From the NCBI GenBank assembly GCA_000934665.2, contig JYFJ02004068.1:1-35128 (forward strand): 35,128 nucleotides of DNA, read 5' to 3'. Numbering within the stretch: position 1 is the first letter of the stretch; every line of letters begins with the position of its first letter. Below are positions 23,773-34,619 of this stretch, piece by piece. The notes under the pieces are model-generated. The model worked only from the letters and a program-made list of their open reading frames with translations. It made no database searches and had not been told where the DNA came from. The stretch is from Catajapyx aquilonaris (Eukaryota). The translations under genes and the position numbers were made by a program.

Positions 23773-24657
23773 TAGGGTGATTCACTAGATCAGCGCTTCC
23801 CAATCTTTTTCATTGGCGACCCCTAATTTCCAATTCAACTCGACCCCCCTCAGCAGTAGTCAATGACAACAGTTGCTAAATTAACACATGTTGTCATTTA
23901 CGAGCATATTTTTCGAGATCGAGTGAGAATAATTTTGTAAAAATGCTTTGTTACCCTCCCTCGCAACCCCAATTATTGTGGTTGCGACCCCAAATGGAGT
24001 TGCCTGCCACCCACAGTTTGGGAAGCCCTGCACTAGATACTAGTTGACCCAGGTAAATGTCTGTAGTTTTTCCCAGTAATATATTGAAACATATATATTT
24101 CTTGCCAAATTATACCTTAAGGATTTCCCTTGCCAGATGATGACGTGTCATGTGGCTCACAAGTCATTGACGGTTACTGGGCATGATCAACTGGCACCCA
24201 GCTGTCTCATCATGATTGTGATAGCCCGGGCTTTTCTCAAGCAGTGCTGCACTCTCTCTCTCTCTCTCTCCCTCCCCCCCAGTGAAAGCACCAAAGTACC
24301 ACAGTTTCCACTATGCACAACAAACTCACGTTAGGTCGTTGGCAGATTTTAAACGATTTTGTTGTCCAATCCAGTTTCACAAGGAACACATGCTCAGCAA
24401 CCATGTAAGTCATACTGCTTTCACAAGGAAAGAGTGCAGCACTATACTGCTTGAGAAAAGCCTGGTGCCACATGATGAGACAGCTAGGCACCAGCTAATC
24501 ACACCGGTGACCATCAATGACTCGCCAGTCACATGACACATCTTTCAGCAAGGTGAATGTATTAAGGTATGATTTGATGCGAAATCTCTCTGCTTCTGTA
24601 TATTACTTGGAAAACTACAGACATTTCCCTGGGTCAACTACCCAGTGAATCACCCTG
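23773..24657. mobile_element. Fold-back Tc1/mariner-type MITE with ~220-bp inverted arms
   Basis: Ends (T/C)AGGGTGATTCACT...AGTGAATCACCCTG, flanked by TA. 24041-24258 is the reverse complement of 24431-24640. The left TIR is split by a hAT MITE. Confidence 0.85.
23791..24030. mobile_element. hAT (Charlie-like) MITE nested in the fold-back element
   Basis: Ends CAGCGCTTCCCAA...TTGGGAAGCCCTG. Perfect 8-bp TSD CACTAGAT at 23783-23790 and 24031-24038. Confidence 0.92.
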
Positions 24658-24854
24658 TATGGCTGTATCTTAACTCGCCAGTATTAAATTATGCATGCAC
24701 TGAAGAAATGAAACAAATGCACTCTTTCAACTTGATTTACTTATCCAAGCAGATTACCCTAACTTATGAAAGCTATATATCTTTGGCGCAAGCTACCAAT
24801 ACATTATCGCTACCAGGTGACAGCTGCTCGTACAAATACAATAAATTGATTTGT

Positions 24855-24860
24855 TTTATT
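24855..24860 (-). promoter_or_regulatory. Candidate poly(A) signal of the GDE1-like gene
   Basis: First AATAAA on the minus strand after the stop codon, followed by a U/GU-rich tract (TTTATTGTATTTGT). Confidence 0.45.
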
Positions 24861-25146
24861 GCTACATTTTCAACTGACTAGACCACACTATATAATTCCT
24901 GAAACTAACCATTATTCTAAGAAAGGTACAATGTACATGATGTATCATAGCATGTACAAAAAAAATGCAATTAAATGGCCCAAGAGAGCATAGGCCCAAA
25001 TTCCACATTATTAAAAAGGTATAGGGGCCCTTTCTCTGTTGGGTCATTCAACTGTGGCGGGCATGAACAAAATGGCACCTACCACATTTAGTCACTGGGC
25101 CCAATATTAAAAGGCTTGTCATGGCAATAGCTGGACCATGGTCTAA

Positions 25147-25436
25147 GAATAGTAAGGTCTGGTCTCTCCCCTCTTATCACCTTAGGGGGCTTGACAGGGT
25201 GTTTTGCAGCAGGTGGTCACTTGATAGCGCTTTTCAGGCCTTCACAGACATGTGCGGCACTACCGGATGTTCTGAACTTATAGGTAGAGCTTCTCTTCTA
25301 CCTATAAGTTCAGAACAGTCCGGTAGGGTTGCACATGTCTGCGAAGCCCTGAAAAGCGGTATCAAGCAGTCACCTACCGCAAAACACCCCACAGGCCCCT
25401 AAGGCGATAAGAGGGGGTATCCAGACCTTACTATTC
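25147..25436. mobile_element. 290-bp fully palindromic MITE with TAA TSD (PIF/Harbinger-type)
   Basis: GAATAGTAAGGTCTGG...CCAGACCTTACTATTC. The arms pair imperfectly all the way to a loop at about 25290-25297. TAA at 25144-25146 and 25437-25439. Confidence 0.8.
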
Positions 25437-25687
25437 TAAGATCTTGATCTGGACACACTCCCAACTCTTACAGTCAAAATCTTCCTATGCAAAACACATG
25501 TACTTCTTTAAAAATCCGAACTACAGACAAGTGGCTTAAAAATCTTCATTTTTTTGTTTGTTTGTTCAGAAAACAAATTAATATAAATGCAGGTTGGTGC
25601 ATCCATTTTAAAAATAGCTCGCAGATTTGACACAATAATTCTGTCAACTGTTGAGGTCGTGATTGTTTTTTGACGGAGTTATTCGAC

Positions 25688-25826
25688 TTAGAAGCTCTCG
25701 CCATCCATTGTATCAGTGATGTAAGATACATGCAGGCAACGGCTGAAATACTTCTTTTCCAATGGCTGATTCACAGTCCACGCGATGACTCGGAAGCCCC
25801 AGGAACGCCAACGCAAAATCTCTTCT
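25688..25826 (-). CDS. GDE1: Glycerophosphodiester phosphodiesterase 1-like, last coding exon
   Basis: Acceptor ctcttctag|A, phase 2. Encodes EEILRWRSWGFRVIAWTVNQPLEKKYFSRCLHVSYITDTMDGESF*, which has the GDPD WTVN and YITD motifs. Not in the ORF track. Confidence 0.92.
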
Positions 25827-25907
25827 CTAGAAGAGGGCAATTCTATTACTTCAAGAAGTGCACAACTCTAGGTCATAATCAGAATTGAATCTAAAAAGGA
25901 AACTTAC

Positions 25908-26137
25908 CCATTTAATGTGTCTTTGTGAAGTAACACCACTGAAACCCCAAGCAGGCGAGGAATGAAGAACTTGAAGGCATACCAATACACAGAATCTGCC
26001 ATCATGAGTGATAGGTGATAGAAGGAGTTCCTGCTGCGGGGTCTATGTCCACCCAAGGTGCTGGAGAACTGCTCAAATGCAAAAAAGTGTGGACGCCATG
26101 ACAATCCACACACGATGGCTGGGTTTGCTGCACGAAG
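25908..26137 (-). CDS. GDE1: Glycerophosphodiester phosphodiesterase 1-like, penultimate coding exon
   Basis: Acceptor tttcccag| and donor GG|gtaagt, 230 bp, phase 0 to 2. Encodes LRAANPAIVCGLSWRPH...MMADSVYWYAFKFFIPRLLGVSVVLLHKDTLN, colinear with the GDE1 C-terminal half. Confidence 0.9.
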
Positions 26138-26850
26138 CTGGGAAAGCAAAGTTGCAGAATTTTCTCTCACAATATCTATCAAAAGTTGTTTTTTTTTTAA
26201 AAAATTGTACCCATAAAGGATCCCTCCCCAGACCTTCTTTTTCTAGGGCCACCACAATTTTTAGTGAAAGTTGTTCCTAAAGATGTAGGTTTAAAAAGTG
26301 AACCTCATTACTGTCCTATTAATTCAAGTATTGCAGAAATCAGCATTTGAAATGCAGCTGTTCAATTTTTCCAAATTTAAAATAGCCACACAAGACACCA
26401 GGAACGAGATATAAATTTCCTTGTCATTTTTATGGGAATGGTAGATTATGGCTGATATAGAGTAGCATTTTTAAAAATACAAAAACTGGAATAAATGAAA
26501 TTAATTGGTACAAAATTATGGTTTTCCATTGTATTATTCCACCGTATTTGAAGGGGCATCATCCAGTGTAACCAGTGCTTGCAAAATAAGTGAAGGGTTT
26601 GGTGCAAAAGCCAGAACTGTCCACTTTTGTTACTTCTGAGAAAACAAAGAAAAACTGAATTTCCGGCAAGTTTTTAAAAATGTTTCTGATGATAATATTT
26701 TGTTTAATAGGAGGATACCAAGGTCAACATGCACCAGAACATGAAGTATGTACGATGCATATTACACATTTTACAGTAGAATATAATGTGGACAAGTCTT
26801 GTTTTTGCACTGAATGAGAACCAGACATGTACAAATAAAATTATTGAGTA

Positions 26851-27708
26851 CAGTAAAACTTCTATCAGTCGAACTTCCCTAAGTTGAAGTTCTCTAAAAG
26901 TCGACGAAAATAATGAGCTTAGTTGCTCACAATGTAAAATAATAGGAAATAAACTTCCCTAACTCGAATTTCTATAACTCGAAGTGCACGCAGGGCCTTA
27001 CGATGGGATATCAATGCATTTTCAGTCTCCCTAAGTCGAAGTTCATGTTGGCGAGTATTGAAAATTTTCTCATTTCCCAGCTGAAGGGTCGAGAGTAGGC
27101 CACATGTATATACAGAAAGGCTCAATTTCCTGATCTCCGTCTACCAGACGTATCGAAAGAAGTAGTGTTTGACTCCATTGTGACAATTGAATCCTTGAAT
27201 CTAAGAGTAGGCAAATGTCCATAACGGAGTTTTTTTTTTTTTTTTACAACAAAACAACGAGGAACATTGTAAGTGTGATAGTGAGTTGTTTTTAAGTTTT
27301 AAACACCTGTCGTCACTGGGTATAAAGGTAGGCTTCCTTAGTTCTGTGCTTTAAAAAATTCCAAACTTCTCTTAACTCGAATCTTCTATAACTCGAACTG
27401 GTCTCATGGTATTCGTGCAGAGTTGGGCCATCTCTGGCTTCGTTTCGGGTGGCAATTTCCGATAGACTAAGCCACCTGGGGGAGTTCACAAAATGACCAA
27501 TTAACGACAGCGCACATGCACTTTGCACATCCCCTCCTAACTACCTTGGAGTATACTAATAAGATTATTCTTAACTCGCTCCAAAAAAAACAAATACCAA
27601 TGGTGGTAATCCACCACCCCCTATAGACCTAAAAAGGTCATCACGGGGTAAGTAAAAAAAAAAAAAAAAAAATGGTCTCATGAGATTCGACTTATAGAAG
27701 TTTTACTG
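26851..27708. mobile_element. pogo/Tigger-like MITE in a GDE1 intron
   Basis: TIRs CAGTAAAACTTCTATcAGTCGAA / TTCGACTtATAGAAGTTTTACTG, TA TSD, internal TAACTCGAA subrepeats. Confidence 0.85.
27409..27672 (+). mobile_element. 5'-truncated non-LTR retroposon insertion nested in the MITE
   Basis: 10-bp TSD TGGTCTCATG at 27399-27408 and 27673-27682. Poly(A) tail preceded by ATCACGGGGTAAG. Confidence 0.85.
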
Positions 27709-28547
27709 TAACTTAATTATGATTACAGAAATGGCGATCTCAATGTTTCAAATATATAATTAGATAGACAAAGATGTGCACTATCTAGGGTTCACAGGTG
27801 GATTTTTTTTGGCCTCCTGAAAGTGTCATAAAAAATTCACTTTGCGGTGTAAAGTCGGCTACTAGTCAAAAAATTACAGTTTTCAGCCTTCTTTTTACGA
27901 TAAGAAATTCGAAACTGACGATAGGAAAACAACTCGCATATATGTAACGTGGATTTAAACAAGCTTTCTAACGATACATACCATTATTTTTTGGATAATT
28001 TGCCTGGGAGTTGTTTCGAGTCAAACACAGGGCTTTATATTAAATAAACTGATAGTAGGTTAAATATTTTATCAATGTTTCACCTCTACATCTCAGTAGG
28101 AAGGAACTATTTTGATACCATATTATTAACTGTGTGAAAATTATGAAAAATTATAAGCCAAGGGCACATACGTTGTAATTGATATTTTCCATGAAAAGCA
28201 ACTAGCAGCACAAATCAAGTCCAAATTCCATGCTACACCTAGGAAGTAAGAAATACAAGTATTGATTTGTAACTTGGGAGGGAAGTGGAGAATATCAGTG
28301 ATGGTCTCATTTACTAATTCAAGATTTCAGGTTTCTTGGACTGGCTGTAGAATTTTCATTTGTGACATACAATACTTGCTCTCATGACCATCCAGTTACT
28401 ATCAAAGCATTTTCTTATTCAAGTGTATTTGTGAAAACAAGCCGATAAGTCATCATACTGAAAAGAAACTTACTTGACTATAAATTTTTTATATACGTGG
28501 AATGGCAAACATGTAATATGAATTTCAATTAACTCAATTATACCTAC

Positions 28548-28640
28548 CTTGAGCATAAAGTACGGATTGAAGGATGTGACCAGGGCACGCTGGTAGAGCA
28601 TAGGATAATCTTCGTAAGCCTTTAATACTGCACATAGTCC
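28548..28640 (-). CDS. GDE1: Glycerophosphodiester phosphodiesterase 1-like, internal coding exon
   Basis: Acceptor ttattgcag| and donor AAG|gtaggt, 93 bp, phase 0 to 0. Encodes GLCAVLKAYEDYPMLYQRALVTSFNPYFMLK, with the GDPD SF(N/x)P motif. No upstream exons were found in the window. Confidence 0.9.
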
Positions 28641-29266
28641 CTGCAATAATATTCATATAATAAAATCATTTCTGCACACATCAGCATGACTCAAATTAGT
28701 CAACCTAATCATGCACTACTAGAATTTGAAACATTATTGTGGTTGACAGCTAGACGAAAAGTGAACTAATGAGATCTCGAGAATTATTATGTATAATACC
28801 TACATAGAATATATTGGTTCAATATAACAAAAACACTGTTATGTGGTGAAAAAAGGTAACATGTTGAAATATTAAAATAACTAGCAGGTTACCTGGCGTT
28901 GCCCGGGTATGTTATGGTGGTAGACCCATATCTATAAATGAAGATGTTTGTGGGTGTGTTTGTTCGCTATAGAAATCCAAGGGAATGCCCCTACACTGCC
29001 TTAAAATTGGCCTTATGGGTTATTGTGTAGTTATTGAAAGCAATAAGCCAAAGTTTTTCATTACCTGTAAAGGGGTCAATCTGGTGTCACGCGATCATTT
29101 ATGGCATCAATTCCTGCCAGAGCCGGGGCTGTTTTGGGTTGTAATGTCAGGTGTCTATTGTTATAGAGACAAAAGTCTCAGTAGATAAAATAATGCAGAA
29201 ATGGAAAGCCGTTACTTTCGTTGGAAGTGATGCTCACCTTGAAAAGGCAGCTGCATCCTGATGTTG

Positions 29267-32200
29267 CTAATTATGGAAGCACTCCTGGTATACAATGTTT
29301 TTGGTTTTTCCTTTTGGAGCATACACGAATAAGTTGCTGGGGGTTCCTACTCATGAACATTCAACATATAGTTGTCCATGCGAAAAACTTGCATCCTCTA
29401 ATTGTAAACCTGCAACTGCCAATGTCTGCCCTTGGGCTTTGTTTATGGACATTGCAAAACTGAGTGTAACTGGGAATTCGAGCCTTTTAAACGGAACAGG
29501 CAAGTCTGTGTCTGATGGAATGAGAGGGATTCCTGGCAATAGAACCTTTTCCTCTTCTCCACATCCTGTGAGGATTTTGGCCTCAATCACATGTGGCATC
29601 ATTCTCATGACTGCCAGTCTAGTCCCATTACATAGTTGAGGTGGATCTAAATTGCACAGCACCATGATGGGTGCTCCTGCTTTTAGCTCCAGTTTGTGCG
29701 GAGGAAGACCAGGAGGCTGTAGTGAATTTAGGAATTCCGTGGGATAATGAATAGCTTGTGATTCATCAGGAACTGCGTCAATAAACCAGTAGGCTACACA
29801 TGAGAACTACCAGGGAAAGATTTCAACATCTGTGAATTAATTTCGTTTACAGCGTTGTTTTTTGGCGGAAGTATGGCTCTTTTGCAAATCCACTTGTGAT
29901 CCAGGTAATAGTGGAGGTGTGAAAATACCTTTTCTTTCAACTCATCCACTTATTTGACAAAAGTGGAAAAGAGCTTCATGTCCAAGTTTCCGTCTCCATC
30001 AAGTTTAATTTTGCCCTCGCCAAGTTGTAAAAGCCTCTGCACAAATTGTCCTGCAGCATTCTGGTCTCCAAAGAGTTGGATTCTCATGTTTGTCTTCAGG
30101 GTAAATCGTATAGCTTGAGGCCACAGACAGGATGACTTAATGCATGCTCTGAGTAGATCAGCTCTGGTTCCTTTAGGGATGACTGGAAGTGTCTGTCGGA
30201 AATCTCCAGAGAGGAGAAGGGTGACACCTCCCAAAGAATTCTTGGAACACCTTAGATCTCGAAGAGTCCTATCCAAAGCCTCCAAAGCCGCCTTATGGGC
30301 CATCGTGCACTCATCCCAAACAATAAGCTGACATTCTTTTAGTACCTCTGCTGCTCCATATTCATTGGTAATGTTGCAGACCGGTGTGTCTCGGGTGGCA
30401 AAGTTGAATGGGAGCTTAAAAGCAGCATGTGCTGTCCTTCCACGAGGAAGTAGAGTTGCAGCAATTCCAGATAATGCTACAGCCAAGCCAATTATTCTCT
30501 GCTGTCGTACTTTAGCGAGTAAAAGTTTCGTAAGAAAGGTTTTTCTAGTACCTCCAGGGGCATCAAAGAGAAATATGCCCCCTTTTTTGCTAAGTACATG
30601 ATGAATTATGGTGTCATAGGCATCTTTTTGATCCAGTAGTAGCTTTGGCTCGTTGACATATGTTGTTAGCGCTTCAATGTTGTAGGAGGTCTCCCTAAAC
30701 ATCTCAGGACTAAATTGGTCAGAATGTGTTTGGTTAGGCTTTGGCAGGCCGTAGGCAGGCAGATCCTTTCCTCCAATGGAAATTACCTTGTCTTCTAGAG
30801 CAATTAAGGCCATGTTATAAATATCATTGTTGAAGTCAATATGGATGGCAGGAAATTGCAATTGAACTTGATGGTTGTAGTCTTCAGCAAGAGCATCCTT
30901 GTACTTGTGCCATAAGACAACTGGATTGCTTGCATGGCAGGTTTCCATTACCACAGCAAACAGCGATCGTAGATGTCTAGGCAACTGAGCCACGGAAGCT
31001 TCAGACAAAGCATCCCACTGGGCATCATCTTCCAGCAATCCACGTAGGTAGCAAGCCTCTCTGTAAGTTCCAAAAACCTCTCCATCTACAGTTCTGAGGT
31101 CTTGGAATGAATTAGGTCCTTGATGTAGGAGGAGGCGCAGATGGAAATACTCATGTTGATTGGGATGCACTGTGCAGACTCTCCCTAAGGTATCGTCAAA
31201 CTTAACATGTGGGTGACCTTCAACATTAGTTCCTCTCTTTGTTGGGCACCACTTATTTTTTTCCAAGTGTAGTAAGATGGAAGTAGGTAGTAAAGCAACG
31301 TCTGGGCAAATGGATCATCCTGGCACAGGTTGAAGAATGCAGTTAAAGTGGTGTCTTTGGGAGCCAGTGCTTGCTGAATTGCGTTATGCTCAGTGAAGTA
31401 GACTCTCTGGCCGTTTTCCAAATGGACTGCAAGTTGTTGGATGGCTGGATGGCGCTCATGAATTGGAAAGGCGAAGATTCTCCAAAGCCTCACTGCTGCT
31501 TATGTAGTGGCCTTGTTGGTACTGCATGACTTCATCGTGTACATTTTGTTGTTGAAGAGCAAAAGCAGCAGCATATGAGCCCTTATTCACATATTTGCAC
31601 ACATATTTTATGGACTTAACGGAATTGCAATATTCCACATTTATATGGGCATTAAAAGCTTTCGTCAGCAAGGGACTGTACTGTACTATCCATTGGTTGT
31701 CCACTTCATGTTTACCAACCTTTGCTGTGAATCCACCATCCTGAGGGCTTCTTCTTCTGTAGGAAGGGGATCCGTCATCTCCTGTCTGGGTTTCGTTTAG
31801 AAATTTCCTGGGATATCTTTTGGTACACTTATCGCCTGCCATGCAAGGAGAGTTGGGATTGAGTTTTCCACATCGTCCATGCACCATTGTGGCCTTCAGA
31901 ATGTCGTAGAGGCATTTGTCTAGTGAGGGATCAGGGAGTTCAGCTGTAATAATGGAGTCAATCTGATTGGAATGAATTTTAGTAGAAAGCCAGATCAGAA
32001 TATAGGCATGTGGTAGTCCTCTCTTCTGCCACTCAATAGTGTGTACATGTCACATCGAACAGGTCCAAAAACTTGACCCTTCTTTATAAGGGCCATCAAT
32101 TTAAGTAATTTAAGGTGGAAAACCCTTGCTGAAATATCCGGTCTATCTTTAGGTGCTTGACCTGGAAGAAGCTCTTCTACAATTTCGTTCCACTTACAGT

Positions 32201-33746
32201 TAGAGTTGCAAGTGAAGGTAATGAATAAGTCAGGCCGTCCATAGTGTCTAACCTATGTCATTGCATCTTGTGTACGCTCATTCATATATCTTGGGCCGCC
32301 ATTGTAACTTGATGGAAGAATGCATAGTTGTCCTAGTTGTCCTGCTGCAGTGTCATTGTTGATGGCATCGCGCAAGTGAATATGTGAATTTGATCTCAGA
32401 TCTTTTTGATAGGTCCGAATGTAACAAAGCCTGTCCGGCTCGATCTTGGCATACATGTCCACAGCGTATTGGTGGAAAAGATTTTGGCTTCGATGTAGGT
32501 GATTTAAGGAACCATGACGGAGCATGACGCGATAAGAATAGAAATCCATTCAGGAAACAGTTTTGGAATTTCCTCCCCGTTGTGGAATGTCGAAGTGGTA
32601 CCCATCCTCACCATTTACAAAAAGAAGAGGATACTGGAGAGCATCATATGATCTGTGGGTCTCGCTAATTTGCTTGATACCTTTTGCGTTGTCTCTGTAT
32701 TGGATGACGATGTCTCTCTTCGCATGGGGCTGGCCAACCATGATTACAGCTACCTCATTGCAAGATGGTGCATTGTCTTGCATTCTCTCCTGATGGCCTA
32801 TTGTCAGCATTAATGACTACTTGCAAATCAAGGGTTGGATTACATTCTAAGGCATGCTTGAAGCTCCTGACGTAGTTGTTGTCGGCATGGATCATGTCTT
32901 GAAGTTTCATAATTAGTTCAAGTCTTGTTCCTGGCGAAATCGAGTTGCGTATCTCTGCCTGTGTTTGTAGATCCCCAACAAAGTAAACCTGCAGAAATTG
33001 GGCCTGTTCGTTTGGAAGAGGCTGTAGAGTTCCAATGCGGTGATATACCTGACCTTGGACCTTAAATGTAGGCATAAATCCAACCTGGGTACTAACGATC
33101 TTGGCCCCAAATGATGTCATTTGAAAGGCAGAGTTGTACTTTCTGACATTTGATAAAAAGTGCCTTGATTCTTTGGCTGTGCCAGTGAGGAGTAATCTGA
33201 GAGGCTCAGGCGGATCAGGAGGCAAATGTAACTTTATGTTGCCATTAGAACAGCACATTCCGCTGGTTCGTTGCTCCATGTCTTAGCCCCGCAGCATTGT
33301 CATACATGGATCATCGCACCAATGGCAATGGAATGATAAGAGGCGTAGTCGCTTTCTGGGTCATAGTTAAATGCCCATTGATTCCACTGTCGATATGCAT
33401 TAATTCTTACCCTGCCTTGCCTGGCTGCTTGAAGGTGTAGATGGGACTGTCGCTCTTCTGAAGGTTCTTGCTGCCTCTGTCCAGCTTGTCTGGCTGCTTG
33501 AAGGTGTAGACGGGACTGTCGCTCTTCTGAAGGTTCTTGCTGCCTCTGTCCAGCTTGTCTGGCTGCTTGAAGGTGTAGACGAGACTGTCGCTCTTCTGAA
33601 GGTTCTTGCTGCCTCTGTCCAGCTTGTCTGGCTGCTTGAAGGTGTAGATGGGACTCTCGCTCTGCTGAAGTTTCTTGCTGCCTTGTACTTCATTTGCGTT
33701 TGGCAGCGGGAGATTGCCCAAAAGTGCAACACTTCTTTGGAGGCAT
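29267..33746 (-). pseudogene. Helitron Rep/PIF1-helicase (RepHel), multiple frameshifts and stops
   Basis: In order: MPPKK start; CCSNG Zn motif; YGRPDLFITFTCN; EWQKRGLPHAYIL (HUH, second His replaced by Tyr); KYVCKYVNKG (Y2); DAPGGTRKTF (Walker A, Gly replaced by Arg); [37 protein letters not shown]. No AP-endonuclease domain seen. Confidence 0.95.
33416..33682 (-). repeat. 69-bp tandem repeat, about 3.8 copies, encoding 23-aa STPR-like repeats of RepHel
   Basis: Units start at 33421, 33490, 33559 and 33628. In the RepHel frame they read QQEPSEERQSRLHLQAARQAGQR. Confidence 0.9.
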
Positions 33747-34433
33747 CAAGAAACAGAAAGGGGACACTCGATATCTCCGAAAATGCAATTCTGAAACTTC
33801 TCACTTTTTGAGTTTCCTTGGAAATGCTTACAAACAAAAACAGTATAATTAACAGTCCCCATTCTTGTCTTCAAACTCTCACGAATTACTCTGTAATGAG
33901 GGCATCGCCATGGAAATTTGAAATGTGGTAATATTGCTAAAGAGTGCACGTGAGATGGCGTAATTGGCGGATGCGTTGAATAATTTACGGAGATGGGACG
34001 TGCATAAGGGCATTTCCATGGGATTGTTATTGATGTTGATATACAATATTGTTTCCCGAGTAGTGAGAAGATCCAGGAATATACGTGTTGTGGGTGTTAG
34101 GTTCATTTATGGAAGCTGAAACATGCGGCGTTAAATTCCTTGAAAAATGTAACCCCCAATATGCTAATATAAGGCGGTGTAGGGGCCTTCCCCTGGATTT
34201 CTATAAGGGACGAACAAACAAACTCACAAACATCCTTATTTATAGATATAGAGATTATGCAAAAACTATAAGGTCGTCAAGTCATCACCTAAAATTTGTA
34301 AGATGGTAAATTGATGAAAACCCAATGATAATGTGCTAGATTGATTAATGATGCATTCACCAATGAACCCCCCCCCCCCCTCCTTAGTGACTGACTTCAT
34401 GTAATGCATGACTAACAGTGTTAAGCCACTTAA

Positions 34434-34619
34434 CCCTTTGACGACGGTGGACATCATATGATGTCCGAGAAAACATTGCTGAGATTTGCCATGAAAACTT
34501 ATTGGGACATTTTTCAGAAAATCGGTGAGGTCGGAATTTGACCTCTATTTCCGGAAAAGTGGAAAAAAACCTCAGGCCCTCGGGTAATGCAATGGAAAAA
34601 AAACTCAGTCGTCAAAGGG
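34434..34619. mobile_element. piggyBac-type MITE (186 bp)
   Basis: 12-bp TIR CCCTTTGACGAC, TTAA TSD at 34430-34433 and 34620-34623. Confidence 0.88.

Larger units (their letters stand above)
28881..34254 (-). mobile_element. Full-length decayed canonical Helitron (5374 bp)
   Basis: On the minus strand it starts A|TCTCTATATCTATAAAT and ends with the hairpin ACCCGGGCAACGCCAGGT (28891-28908), then CTAG|T, giving an AT target with no TSD. Contains RepHel. Confidence 0.92.

Noticed and set aside
33400..33837. ORF-track proteins 33400..33837 and 33407..33721
   Set aside because: Shadow frames of the 69-bp repeat; RepHel homology lies in the third frame.
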